Shown here: positions 41,039-54,835 of the stretch, piece after piece
Numbering within the stretch: the stretch's first letter is position 1
How the letters are laid out: every line of letters begins with the position of its first letter
From: Octopus sinensis
Lineage: Eukaryota
Assembly: GCF_006345805.1 (NCBI RefSeq)
Contig: NC_043002.1
Span: forward strand, 32,798,001 to 32,862,000
Direction of reading: 5' to 3'
Length of the DNA stretch: 64,000 bases
Program-made: the position numbers and the translations under genes
Notes under the pieces: generated by a model
What the model was told of the DNA's origin: nothing
The model's input: only the letters and a program-made list of their open reading frames with translations
The model's database searches: none

Positions 41039-43439
41039 TTATTATTATTATTATTATTTATTATTATTATTATTATTATCATCATCATCATTATTAAGAT
41101 GTTGCTAGAAGAGTAGACAGAACACTGAAGAAAATGTATTATAGTATTTAGTTATGCACTTCTAAGCACTTAGTTCAAATCTTATTGGAGTAAAAGTTTG
41201 TCTTTCACTTTTTCGAGATGCATTAAATAAAATGTCAGTCAAATAACTGGGGATTTACCACAGACCTCTCCTTAATCCTGGATTAGTAATCATCTTTATT
41301 TCCCATCTCATTCTTTGTACATAAGAAATTATGACAGTAACCTAGGATAAAATATTAAATTGTATCTAACTTTTCTCCTTACTTTATGTCCAAATACTGC
41401 CAAAGTTGTCCGTACATTACTTTTGATAGGTTGATTTGCAGAGGTCACATACAGCTTTTCTCTCACCTCCAACAAAATAGTTTTTAAATGTCGTTGAAAA
41501 CCCATTTGATATCTATTTTATTTATCATTGGACAAAGCATAAATTTCACAACTTTTCATACTCTGGCATTTTGTTAAATTTCTTCCAACCACTCGAATTG
41601 AGGCCTCGATTATTTAAATTCATATACTTCTAAATGCCTGTAACTATTGTATTATTAATTTCTAGGAAAAAAAAATGAATGCGATTTTCGTCATCAGCAA
41701 GCAAAATTACAACAGATATTTAATATAATCTGGTAAAAAGTTGAAAAGTTTCGAGTGGCTGGAAGAAATTTAACAAGCTTTATATCTGCTGCGTGTGCTC
41801 ATACCAAACTACCACTATTCTATTCCATTAAAATTAACATAGAAAAAAACAGTACAATTTCATAAGAAATTTCATATAATGAGACACTGTATCTTACAAT
41901 GCGTTAATCATCATGTTGAAACAAAAAAATTAGTATATGTGCAGTGTACATTTTAAGGTACGATACATTAAATTGTACATAAATAGTGTTTTGTGAAAAG
42001 GAGAGTTATAGACCCAAGGGTCTGAAAATAGTGATTTTATACGAATCAGACAGGAGTAAATGGTTTTTAGTTAAAAGACCTTTGTTTTGGAATCAGTTTT
42101 AAACAATGTTCAGTATTATTGCAGCACTGCCCTGTCGATGTAGACAAAACTCTAATGAGAGTTTTAAAGATTAAAGAACTAATGAAGCCTAGTCTTTGTA
42201 ATATTGTTATGGTGGTATGTGAGTGGTCACCTTGAGAAATCATCACTGATTGTAAAAATAGAAATTTGTAACGAATGTCAGGGACGTGAACATGTTAAAA
42301 AAGGTTGAAGAATCGTCAGGTCATATGTACAGATGGGCGTATTGCTAATGAGGACACATATAGGTCCTTAATAGATGAATTTGGTGGATATTATTCAAAT
42401 TTGAGCACGTTAGAGACAATATGATGAAGGACAAAGACAATTTCACCAACACACAGTATAGGCGCGGAATGATATGAAACTTTGATCAAAGTAATGAAAG
42501 GGATATAAGCAGCCGTCGGATATTTTAAAGGGGGATCTTGTGACAGACATTATACATTGCTTTTTTTAAGATTTCAGATTCCTTTTATCCTTTCGTAGTC
42601 GAAGAAATAAGCACCAGCTGAACATTGGGGTTGATGTAATCCACTAACCCCATACTCCAAAATTTCAGACCTTGTGCCTATAGAAGAAAGGTTTATCTAT
42701 TGATTTTCTGGAGTTAACTACAACAAATTTGCTTTCTTCGAATTTTCTAAGAGATTGAAGATGAACATCACAGGAATAAAATAGAAGCGTAAGCTTCAAA
42801 ATATATGTGGATCTACGAAAACTGTGCTAGTACGATACATTAAATTGTACATAAATAGTGGCATTCTAAGGAGAAGCATATGATTGATATGTTCCCCTTT
42901 ACCTTTGCGATGTTGAAAATTATTGCGATAGATTGGCAATTTTCTATATGAAATAGGTTCGCTTAGGGTTTTAATTTTGCGTACGCAGCGGGGTGAAGAA
43001 AGAGAGAGGGTACAAGAAATTAGACAAGAAGCTCTAGGGCATGGGATTTGAAAATAAGGTAAGGACGAAGTTGGGACTGGTGTCTTGTTTGTCCGGATTA
43101 ATCGGAGGGAATCCGTACCTGGTGACTGCGGGTATGAAAATTTCAGAGAGGGTGTGTCTGTGCGTATAAAACAATAAGAAGGGATGCGTAAAAGTAGAAT
43201 ATTTGGGAAGAGTAGTGTTGAATGCCTTAAGTCCGGAATCGGAGTCGAAGTGTGCAGTAAGTGTAGAAGATATTTTTTGAATAATGAGCTGTCTTGGGTG
43301 AAGCAACAGCAAATCTGAATGGAATTTCCGTGTACATGCGCGCGCTTAGGTGTGTGTGTTCGCGCGTGTGTGAATGTCAGCGTGCGCGTGACTTAGTGCG
43401 TACGTGTATTGGAAACGGCTAGTTGTGACCTTAGCACAA

Positions 43440-43527
<88 letters not shown>

Positions 43528-43566
43528 TATATATATATATATATAGATATATATATATATATATAT

Positions 43567-43774
43567 ATTAAAGCTGCAAAATTTTCACAAAACTGTGACT
43601 CCAGAATTTCAGGTTCCCGTTCGTAGGACAGTTGTGATGATTATTGAATTAAGATCGTGATTGTACATGTAATATAATGTTATGTAATATAATTCATATC
43701 AACGAATAACCATTTACATTTCACAAGAACGGGAAACTGAGTAACAGTTTTTGTGGAAATTTTGCAGCTTTAAT
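43567..43774. mobile_element. MITE with long TIRs
   Basis: ATTAAAGCTGCAAAATTTTCACAAAACTGT...TTCCCGTTC versus GAACGGGAAACTG...ACAGTTTTTGTGGAAATTTTGCAGCTTTAAT. Confidence 0.85.
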
Positions 43775-43897
43775 AAAAAGCATATTACTCTAAATTTGGT
43801 TTCCGAGTACTACTTTTTCCACCATTTATGTGCTTACTTGTGTGTGTGTGTGTATGTGTGTACACACACATACACACACACCACACACACCACACAC

Positions 43898-43929
<32 letters not shown>

Positions 43930-43936
43930 CATACAT

Positions 43937-43967
<31 letters not shown>

Positions 43968-44257
43968 ATATATATATATACATACATACACACACACATA
44001 TATATGTATGTGTGTGTGTGTCTGTGTGCGTGTTTGTATATGTATATGTATGCATATATATATATTTATACACACACACACACACGCACACACACACACG
44101 CACACAAACACACAGTTTCTGAATGCAGGGAGACAAACAGGCGGAAATACTGAAATATATTTGCTTGTATTATAGATATATGTGTCTGTGCGTGTTAAAG
44201 AGGGACAGGGAGAATGAGTAAGTGTGTCTATGTCTGTGTATATAGATCTGTGTATGC

Positions 44258-44297
<40 letters not shown>

Positions 44298-45487
44298 TGT
44301 GTGTTTAATGACATATATATATATATATATTTAAACACCCAGTTAATTATTCCAGTGAAAAGTCTACACTAAGGCGCAGTAAGAAAAATAATATACATAC
44401 TCCATGTTTCCAAAGAACTATCCAAATAAATGGATATTTCTTTTTCTCTTCTTAATAAGTTCCAAGTTTTCGCGAAATTAAATTCCAATTTTCATCTTCG
44501 TATTTTAAATGTGCTTTGATATTTTTTTTTTTTTTATATTCTCTAAAAAGAAAGAGACGAAAAAGTATTCCTTACAAATTGTTACTTTTCACAGAATACA
44601 GATGTGGAGATATAAAACTCAAGCAGTCACAACTTTTTATCTCGGTACTCTGACGGAACTGAATGTAAAATAAGTCGCTAGCTGATTTAAATACCTTGAC
44701 ACAGGTATAAATTTACATCCGGCTTCAAGTGTAACGCCCTCGGTTATTGTTTTCAGCTATCACTATTTCAAACCTAAGCGTATATTAAAAGAAAAACAGT
44801 AAACAATATAATATTCTGTAATTCTGTTTTAGTTATAATAATAATTTTTGTGTTTATTTTTAAATACCCCAGTCAACACAACTACCTGCCTCAGAGTTTT
44901 ATCTTTCGTTGTCCCTTACATATAAGTATGTATATCTCGTTCCCCTTTACGTGTGTATGTGTTTGTGAGTGTGTGTGTGTGGTTGTTATTATATCTATGT
45001 ATATATATATGTACACACAAACTTATTTAAGGAATGTGGGTGGATTCAACAATATCAGACCCCATAAGTTTCCCCCTAGATCTAAACTGATAAAGGTTAA
45101 AGGTATAAGTATAAAAGTATGCTGTAGGGTATTCAAAATGTCAAGTTGCAAGCGGTGAAGCGTGACGAAATGCGACAAATATATAATCAGTTTGCCAACA
45201 CATGAAAAGACTGCAGCTTTTATCTTATTTCGCTCTCTGTTAGCCCGCTACGAGAAGGCTAAATAATTGAAGACGTTCTACCCATGACCATCTTGCTTGA
45301 TAGGTCCTCTAAAACTACATTGTTCGAGGTATTTTCCTTTCATTTTATTAAACTAGTATGCGATGCATGAGCTACCCAATGTATGTCATAAAGCTTGGGT
45401 AGACCAGAAGCTCTAATAAAAGGTGCATAATAGAGAAGTACGATGGGAGTGAACAGGAAACCACTTTGTTATATATATATTATTTGT

Positions 45488-45882
45488 GTGGCGCAGGAGT
45501 GGCCGTGTGGTAAGTAGCTTGCTAACCAACCACATGGTTCCGGGTTCAGTCCCACTGCGTGGCATCTTGGTCAAGTGTCTTCTGGTATAGCCCCGGGCCG
45601 ACCAATGCCTTGTGAGTGGATTTGGTAGACGGAAACTGAAAGAAGCCTGTCGTATATATGTATACATATATATAAGTGTGTGTGTCTGTGTTTGTCCCTC
45701 TAGCATTGCTTGACAACCGATGCTGGTGTGTTTACGTCCCCGTCACTTAGCGGTTTGGCAAAAGAGACCGATAGAGTAAGTACTGGGCTTACAAAGAATA
45801 AGTCCCGGGGTCGATTTGCTCGAATAAAGGCGGTGCTCCAGCATGGCCGCAGTCAAATGACTGAAACAAGTAAAAGAGTAAA

Positions 45883-45885
<3 letters not shown>
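45488..45885 (+). mobile_element. Full-length family-1 SINE
   Basis: A box TGGCCGTGTGG, B box GGTTCAGTCC, internal (TA/TG)n, tail GGCGGTGCTCCAGCATGGCCGCAGTCAAATGACTGAAACAAGTAAAAGA. Confidence 0.9.
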
Positions 45886-45925
<40 letters not shown>

Positions 45926-48830
45926 ATATTTATACCATTTATTCTTTTGAATAGTATCAGTGAAATTTTCGAAACATGTGTAGAAAGTAAAAATACTTGT
46001 TTAAACCTGCGTTAACTCCATTTTTTATTCATATTATTTGTTATATATATATTATTAGACTTAACCAATAGGTGTAACATTGTGATATTTGACGAAAACG
46101 AGAAGTGTTCCAATACATAAAATAGTTGTGTTACAAAGCACTCACTGGGAGATCCGGGTTTGTTGTTCAATAGGTCAATGGATGGATGTACGGGCGAGGC
46201 CACAACTGTCTAAGTAAGAATGTTTCAGTTATCGATAATGTTTTCAGTTAAAATTCATTGTGATAGATTTTCCTTTTCATACTTCTCTCATCGACGTCGT
46301 AACACTCGTCACTTGTACTTAGGGAGTTATCTATTGCCTTCATCTTTTCAAATAAACCATTTTAAGTATAGAACGAAACTGGAGTCTATCATATAATTAG
46401 ACTGCAGTCTAGAAGATAACCCCACTGATACAACTACGTTTGTAAAGCGTGAACAAATTTTAATATTACATCTTTATTTTCGTATCGGAGAATTATGCAT
46501 GTGACTGGATTTACCCTTCATATGTCTGTGATCAATGTTGTAAAGAACTATTCCTTTATGTTCTATCTCACAAAGTACGCCTAGCCCCTTCTATATCTCT
46601 GTGACTAACACCATAAATAACTATGGTCTTTGTGATCGATCTCATAAAGTACAACTTATCCTTTTCCTGTGACCAAGGTAATAAAGTACAACTTACCCCT
46701 TCTAAATTTTGAGATCAATGTCATAAAATACGTAATCGATGTCAGGAAGTCGTGCTTCGCCTTTCATACTTGTGTTATCAATGTTATAAAGTACGATTCT
46801 GTCTCTCATTAAGTGCAAGACAGTAGTTTTAGGGTTTGATCAGAAGGGAAAGCATAATAGTTGTGACCTTTGTCGACGACTTCCAGACTTGAAGAAAAAG
46901 ATGAATAAACTACGATTGAAGATTATCTGCAGAAAGAATACTCGCAAATAATTGACTCCGCTTGAGGTACCCAAGCGTCAAGTAAAGATTTTAAAATGAC
47001 GACGTTTTAAGTTGACCGACCAAGAACAAATACATTTTCCAAGTTTTTCACCCACAAGGCTTGGGTCAATCTGTGGTTACAATAGAAAACACTTCATCAA
47101 GGTAGTCTGATGTGTGACTGAACAAGAACAGCAGAATGTCACAATCGTTAGCAGGTCGAACAAATTGACTTGAGATGTGTAGCAATGAATACGTCCTAAG
47201 TTAAAATCCTACCAAGTGCCGTCAACCAGGCCTGCCCGAAGTGCGCCCGGAGCAATGAAACCCTTCTGCACGCCATAGTCCAGTGCCCGAGTATTCCTCA
47301 CCAGTGGATTTATGTCAAACACCTGCTGTCACGTGCAGGACGGATCCGGCTATTAGCTGAATCCATTGAGAAGATTGCCCCGCCGCCCTCTTTTGGCCGG
47401 GAGGGACAGGCAATATTTATTTGTCTAGTGGCTGCAGCTAAAAAGTTAATAAAGTGGACCCGTTTGAAAGGGATAAAGACAATTTCCTCTTTCGTCAAGA
47501 CCTCATCAACATTTTCAAGTTTCACTTGAAAAGAAAGTTGTGGGTAGAGAGAGAAGAGTTTCCTTGTAGCAAGTTATTGAAATGTGGATGAATGTTGAAA
47601 GAAAGGCCAGTGTGAAAGGACCAATTCTGGGCGTGCACCTGTAAAAAAAAAGGAATTAATGGAGAAGGGCTTTTACCTTCTTGATCAGGCACCCGTGGCT
47701 TTTCTGGGCCTTCCACGTGAACCTTAAAGCGCTTCCCCTTTTGGGAGTTTTAATTTGTTCAATTTTAATTGTTATTTATGTTGCCAGACCAGACTAAATC
47801 GTTGGCGGTATTTCGTCCGTCTTTACGTTGAGTTCAAATTCTTGGCTTCTTTTTCTTTCGAAGTCGATAAAATGTGTGTGTGTGCGCGCGTGACTTTTAA
47901 AGGTGGAACTCCAAGCAGATAAAACTATAAATAACAATATGGATTATCGGGTTAAAAAGCTGCTTGGATGTATGTATAAAGTTTTTTTGTTCCTTCCAAG
48001 TGGGTATTTTTAACTCAGTATTCTATACTCTACTAACTATAGCTTTATCTTCTTCGACAACCATTTAGATTTATTTCATGGCTCTAGAATTTCTAAATCC
48101 TCATGATGTAAACCTATATGTGTGTGTATTATGCCTGTGGTTAGTGTGTATGGGAATGAATGTATTATTTATAAAAGTCAGATAGCCCTTGAGCCCAAAC
48201 TCCCAAAATTTCTGTATCGGTACCACATGGGATGAATAATTCTTATAGTAATTTTTGACTTGCTATATGTCTCTAGTTTCTATTTATATATCATAGCCTT
48301 GTCGGAATGGTAACTTTGTAGGAATTATCACTTCATAAATAGATAGACCCTCCATAAGAAACCGCAAACAAAAAATGGCTCTTTTCTAGATATATTTACG
48401 CACTATGCAATTAAACAGAAGAAATTAATAATTACTGTTTTACCCAATTTTAGGCATCATCTTTTTTCAAAATTGAAGATTTACGAATTAGCCATTAGTG
48501 TAGGAAAAATTGACTTGGAATCCAACAGAGAAAAGAATATTGTTAAAAATAAAAAAATTATCAAGATATTTTATTACAATTACAATTGGACCAAAGTTGA
48601 GGAAAAATGTTCTCCAAAAAAAGTACGTCACCTAAGTATGTTTCTAACTCTCTCATCTTCACAACAACTATGTTAACAAATTTTTACTCCCAAGGATGAC
48701 GTAGCAGTACAAAATGATGATGCAATACTTGTAATGTAATAGCTTCAAACAGGTGGGTAGAAACTAACAGAAATCAGAAATTACTAATTTTGTCCCAGTT
48801 ACCAATTTTGCCCCACACCTACGCAGAGAA

Positions 48831-49402
48831 TACGAGGTCAGTCTGAAAAGTAACGGCACTTGTGTCAAACAATTTATTTCAATTTCAAACAGCAAACTAC
48901 ATAGTTTCCCTTTCAAAGTAATCCCCCTCGAGTCTAATGCACTTTTCCATCCTTCTCTGCAACGTTTCTATGCACTTCTGAAATGATTCATTTGGCAAGT
49001 CCCTCAGCTTCGCCGTTACGACCCTGTTGATGGATTACACGCATTCAAAACGAGTCTCTTTGATGAGCCCCTTGAGCTTGGAGAAAAGAAGAAAAGGCAA
49101 AAAAAGTCACACGAACCAAGATCAGGTGAATAGGGAGGTTGTTCCAGTGCGACGATGTTCTCGGCTAGGAAATACCGGATACTTAGGGCATTGTGAGCAG
49201 ATGCCGTATCGTGGTGAAGCAGCCACGATTTGCCCTGCCACAATTCTCGTCTCTTCTCACCCACTGAGCGAAGCAAACGCCGCAGGACCACTTTATAGAC
49301 TTGTTGATTGATCATCTGGTCCTGTGGCAAGAGCTCACAGTGGACGATGTCCATGGCTCACACAGCGCACCCAGTTCCGTTACTTTTCAAACATATATCG
49401 TA
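48831..49402 (-). mobile_element. Internally deleted mariner (DD34D-type) element
   Basis: WLLHHDTASAH and EQPPYSPDLGSCDFF motifs; TIRs TACGA......TGAAAAGTAACGG at both ends. Confidence 0.9.
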
Positions 49403-50460
49403 GTAAGGAAGGGCAAAATGATACCCGTCAAAATTTCAGTATTTATTTCATGTATTTATTAATGTGTAACAGAACTTCTATATTATAAACGCTATTATTC
49501 TACAGAACTATCCAAAGGGCATTTGAATTTTTATGTATTTATTTATTGTTTCAGGCAATACGAACAGTTTGTTCATCGTTTATGTTGAATTTAATTATTA
49601 TACGATACTATCTTTTTTTCTAAATACCTACATTTTTCCGTGATACTTTAAATGCCTTCCTACGTAGAATACACAGCCCATCTTGTGTTTTGTTATTAAC
49701 AGAAGATGCATTGGAATTGCGCGCTTATCTTTCTGATCTGATGTGAACAGAACAAACCAAGATGTATTTAATGTAACCAATTGCTATTTTCTTCACCTTT
49801 GAAATGTTTGTTAAATATAATTCATGCACCTCCAAATGCTTCGCTTCGAATTCAAGGGTGATGATGAAAACAGGTCTTGAAATAGAAGGGGTAAAATTCA
49901 ATAATATCATACTCTGTGTTTTGCTAGTTCGTGGGTAAACTGCGCGTATAGGCGTAAGGACATACTTGCAGATGCTTCTTACATCATTTTGTTTTCAGTT
50001 AGATAAAATGACACTCATACTTTGCCATTTTCAGTAATCCATTATTTCCATGTATTTTAATCATACTCCCATGAGCTGGTAAGTCGTCAGTATAGGTGCG
50101 TCTTCTGTTGAGGTGCGTGGGCGAAGATATTGCCTCCATTGATCACCACTCCTGAACGAACAGTGCGACGACTTTCTCCTCTATTTCTTAATCTTTTAAT
50201 GCGTAATATTTATTTATTTCTTATTCACTTATTGATAGGTGTGAGGTTATCGTCAAATTTGTCCGTCAAGTTGTAACGCATACACACACACACACACACT
50301 CATATTCTAGTATGTGTGCGTATGCGTATGCGCTCGCGTTCGTGTGAGTGGGTGTGCGCATCTTTCTGTGGCATTTCTATTTGGTAACTGTGTTAGTAAA
50401 CAATTATGAAAGAACTCAAAACTAAACCAAGTCTATTATATAACTACTCTTACATGGATA

Positions 50461-50625
50461 GGCGTAGAAGTGGCTGTGTAGTAAGTAGCTTGCTTACGAA
50501 CTACATGGTTCCGGGTTCAGTTCCATTGCGTGGCACCTTGGGCAAGTGTCTTCTACTATAGCCTCGGGCCGACCAAAGCCTTGTGAATGGATTTGGTAGA
50601 CGGAAACTGAAAGAAGCCCGTCGTA

Positions 50626-50700
<75 letters not shown>

Positions 50701-50905
50701 ATGTTTGTGTGTCTGTGTTTGTCCCCCAACATCGTTTGACAACCGATGCTGGTGTGTTTACGTCCCCGTAACTTAGCGGTTCGGCAAAAGCGACCAATAG
50801 AATAAGTACTAGGCTTACAAAGAATAAGTCCTGGGGTCGAATTGCTCGACTAAAGGCGGTTCTCCAGCATGGCCACAGTCAAATGACTGAAACAAATAAA
50901 AGAGT
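50461..50905 (+). mobile_element. Full-length family-1 SINE
   Basis: Same head, body, microsatellite and tail as 45488-45885. Confidence 0.9.
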
Positions 50906-51269
50906 TACAGCACGCGCGTACTCACACACACACACACATACATACAGACACACACACACGTTTCAGTTAAGCAAATGTTATCTGAACATCACCAAGGAAG
51001 TTATACTTTTGAACTGTTAATTGAACCAATTTATATTGGTGTCAGTAGAAGGAAAGTACGAGTAAGTGATAAATGATGTTGGGAAGAATAAGCTAAATAA
51101 GAATCACTGGAAATAAGAAAAGTGAGGGGAGAGGGGAAGAAAAAACTAATGAGTGTGTAAGGATATTTGAAGTACAGTCAGGTTAGAATGGAGGAAAGGG
51201 AAGCTTATGGGGAAGAAATAGGCTATTACTAGCGCGGTTAAGCGGGAGAAAATATTAAGGGGGGTATTG

Positions 51270-51645
51270 ACATGGTTCAGACGGGAAGAGTTCAGATGGG
51301 GGAGAGGGATATGTGGGGAGAGGAGGTGGTGGACAAGAGGGGAAGGACAGAGGAGAAAGAGGGAGGAAAGAAAAGAAAGAGGAGAAAGCGAGGGAGAGGG
51401 GGTGAGGGGGTGAGGAGAGGGGAGATGGGGGCGAGGAGAGGGAAGAAGCGGAGGGAAGAGACTGGAGAGGGGAGGCGAGGAGAGCGGAGAGGGGGAGTGA
51501 GAGATAAGAGAGGTGAGAGGGGTGGAAGGAGAGATGGAAGGGAGGAGTGGAGAGGGGAGATGGCGAGGTGAAATGGGGAGAGGAGATGGGGAGGGAAGAT
51601 GTGGAGGTGAATGGGAGAGGGAGATGGGAAATGGAGCGTTAAACG
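51270..51645 (+). repeat. Polypurine (G/A-rich) low-complexity tract
   Basis: About 370 bp almost free of pyrimidines on the + strand, with many GGG/GGGG runs. Confidence 0.85.
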
Positions 51646-52054
51646 GTAAATAAGAGGATAGTGGAATTGGAAGGGAATTAGCGATGCTCAGTTATATAGA
51701 GATGTCAGTACTTTTTAAGACATTCGAAATATTGAAATTTTCGCACCTTTACCCCAGATAAACCGTAAAAAGACACCGTTCACCTTGAGGTATTTTGTGA
51801 TGTACCTGTATTTGAGCAAACATCCATGCTGCTTTGTTTATTAGTAAGTCAATGTGGCATAGTGATAGCTTTCAACAAATATGCTTCACAGTGGCTGTGT
51901 GGTAATTAGCTTCCTTACGAACCACATGGTTCCGGGTTCAGTCCCACTGCGTGGCACCTTGGGCAAGTGTCTTCAACTATAGCCTCGAGCCAACCAAAGC
52001 CTTGTAAGTGGATTTGGTAGACGGAAACTGAAAGAAACCCGTCGGATATATGTG

Positions 52055-52097
<43 letters not shown>

Positions 52098-52266
52098 CAT
52101 AAGGGACGTTAGCCATCTGAATGTGGCTAGGGACAGGGCAGGGCGGTCGGGGTGTTACTGATGCATTTAGCCCCAGGCGATCATCAACGTCACCAGGAGG
52201 GCTGACGCCATCACGGCGTCCTCTAGCCTGCAAAGGGAGATCATTCCCCGAAGAAGCGGATGCCAC

Positions 52267-52309
52267 ATACGGACCTAGGTTTCAAGGTGTTTGCCTATTA
52301 TCAACGTAT
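52267..52309 (-). ncRNA. Mirror copy of the minimal hammerhead motif
   Basis: Inverted copy of 52566-52608; stem I extends to CATACG/CGTATG. Confidence 0.7.
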
Positions 52310-52565
52310 GGCAGGCACCGCTACTCGACGAACGACTCTCTGTGCAGGCTATATATAAAGATTTTCACAGTAAATACATTTACTGATGTAGAAAATCTGT
52401 TCGACAGCAATAATAATTCTCTAAACGAGATATAGACAGTAACTGCTCCATAGCATAAGGGACGTTAGCCATCTGAATGTGGCTAGGGACAGGGCAGGGC
52501 GGTGGGGGTGTTACTGATGCATTTAGCCCCAGGCGATCGTCGTTCGTCGAGTAGCGGTGCCTGCC

Positions 52566-52608
52566 ATACGTTGATAATAGGCGAACACCTTGAAACCTAG
52601 GTCCGTAT
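52566..52608 (+). ncRNA. Minimal type I hammerhead motif (U3-A8 core)
   Basis: ATACG-TTGATAA-T-AGG-cgaaca-CCT-T-GAAA-CCTAGG-TC-CGTAT: 5-bp stem I, palindromic stem III ACCTAGGT, GUC triplet ending at 52603. Confidence 0.7.
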
Positions 52609-52898
52609 TTGGCATCCGCTTCTTCGGGGAATGATCTCCCTTTGCAGGCTAGAGGACGCCGTGATGGCGTCAGCCCTCCTGGTGACGTTGATGATCGCCT
52701 GGGGCTAAATGCATCAGTAACACCCCCACCGCCCTGCCCTGTCCCTAGCCACATTCAGATGGCTAACGTCCCTTATGTTATGGAGCAGTTACTGTCTATA
52801 TCTCGTTTAGAGAATTATTATTGCTATATATATATATATACAAATTGAGATAGGGGTTGTAAATGCTATTTCAATAACATATCTCCATTTTCTTATCT

Positions 52899-52968
<70 letters not shown>

Positions 52969-52997
52969 AGTGTGTGTGTGTATGTATGTATGTGTAT

Positions 52998-53029
<32 letters not shown>

Positions 53030-54835
53030 ATCTGTGTTTGTCCCCCCAGCATCGCTTGACAACAGATGCTGGTGTGTTTACGTCCCCGTAACTTAGCGGT
53101 TCGGCAAAAGAGACCGATAGAATAAGTACCAGGCTTACAAAGAATAAGTCCTGGGGGTCGATTTGATTCGACTAAAGGCGGTGCTCCAGCATGGCTGCAG
53201 TCAAATGACTGAAACAAGTAAAAGAGTAAAAGAGTCTGAAAGAGAAACAATTTAAAACACAGAATACAAGACTGTAGCAGGCTTTTTCCGAAGAGCACCA
53301 ACATTATTGTATTGTGTGTCACATTAGTGTTTTATAGTTTTTTCGTTTCAAGTCTACGAACTTAACCTCAGTAACTTTCTTGTTCAATACCTAGAGAGCT
53401 GTATGCTACAACTGGCACTGAGAATTTATTAATGGCTTCGGAAGTGCCTTTGTTAATGAGATAAGTCTATAATATTATTTGTCTCTCCCAGAGCATTCAG
53501 TTTTCATTACTTTTCGAAAGATTTTGCACATACGTACGCATTCACAAAATTTCATTCTCCGCTAAGCCCAAATATTTCAGGAATGCAAAACCGTCCAGTT
53601 CCTGTATTATCTTCTCCCTAAGGAGTTCCAAATTGTTTGCTCACACACTGCCTCATTGCATCGTCAGTTTCTTGTATTGTTTCTCCAATCCATAAGACAT
53701 TTTAAAGTCCTTACTAAACTACTTGACAATATTGAAGAGATTTCTAAAGCGGAGAGCTGGCAGAATCGTTAGCACGTCGGGCAAAATGATGAGCGCCATT
53801 TCGTCTGTTTTTACGTTCGACTTTGCCTTTCATCCTTCCAGGGTCTATAAATTAAGTACCAGTTAAGCACTGAAGTCGATGCAACTGACTTACCCACCGC
53901 CCGGAAATTTGAAACTAATATCGATACTTCCAAGTCGAGAAACGTTTGTAACATACACTGTTAGGGTATCCATGAAGCAGAGATAATTAATCAGTCTAGT
54001 CTTTCTATTGTGTCCAAAGAGTTTCTAGAATTAGCAATTTTATTAATCAACTGGAATGTATCAAGTATTGGATGAATGAAGATCAGAGTAGATATGCGAT
54101 AGAAATTAAAGCTCGCGGTCGTAGAGTTGCTGATGACGATTAGAACTATTTGACATTTTACAGTTGATTTAATGAAGTACACTCTAGTGTCAAACTGATG
54201 TTCATTTTGATAAGCCACTCACATAGGATCGGAACAAAATCCTTTCTGTTGTCGGTCTGCGTACATGACATTTTTTTTATCGTGCCATCATACAGTACAA
54301 GCATTCTGATATGGAACGAGTTAATTGTCCCACAGAACTTGAACATACATCCTTTCTGCTTTACAGGAATAAGATTCATTCATTTCTATATGTTTAGTTA
54401 CCATATTGGGTAGTATTTTAGAGAACAGTTAATGGATCATTAATTTACTACTGAACAAGCCATTGCCGCATCTGGTTTAGATTCTATTAGATGGTGTTGA
54501 TGATATCAGAGTTATTTGCCAAAAGTTAACAACCAAAAATCTTTTGAATGTTGCAAATATGAGGGGTATTTTTATGCTTCAGGAGCTATTTAAAGCATGC
54601 ATCAAGTCAGATATTATAATAATCTGTTGCTTTGTATTTGTGGAATAGCCGTTATGTTATATCCGTCTTCGTTTTTAAAAAGTGGATTTCACAAAATGTC
54701 TTCCGTCATATATTAATGTGTAACAGAACTTCTATATTATGAACGCTATTATTCTACAGAACTTCCAAAAGGCATTTTTCTGCAATACACAGCCCATCTT
54801 GTGTTTTGTTATTAAGACATTTTAAATTGAATCAA

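Larger units (their letters stand above)
52094..52825. mobile_element. GC-rich double fold-back element carrying hammerhead motifs (PLE pLTR/retrozyme-like)
   Basis: 52094-52336 is the reverse complement of 52539-52781 (3 mismatches). 52406-52538 is the reverse complement of 52693-52825 (1 mismatch). Confidence 0.85.
51891..53235 (+). mobile_element. Family-1 SINE split by a fold-back element in its (TA)n tract
   Basis: 5' half 51891-52050, 3' half ~53030-53235. Confidence 0.85.

Noticed and set aside
43034-43312. 92-aa minus-strand ORF (possible exon or PLE linker remnant)
   Set aside because: Ambiguous: weak acceptor, phase-2 donor, and only faint PLE-like similarity.
51272-51571. R/G/E-rich 99-aa ORF
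   Set aside because: Artefact of the polypurine tract.
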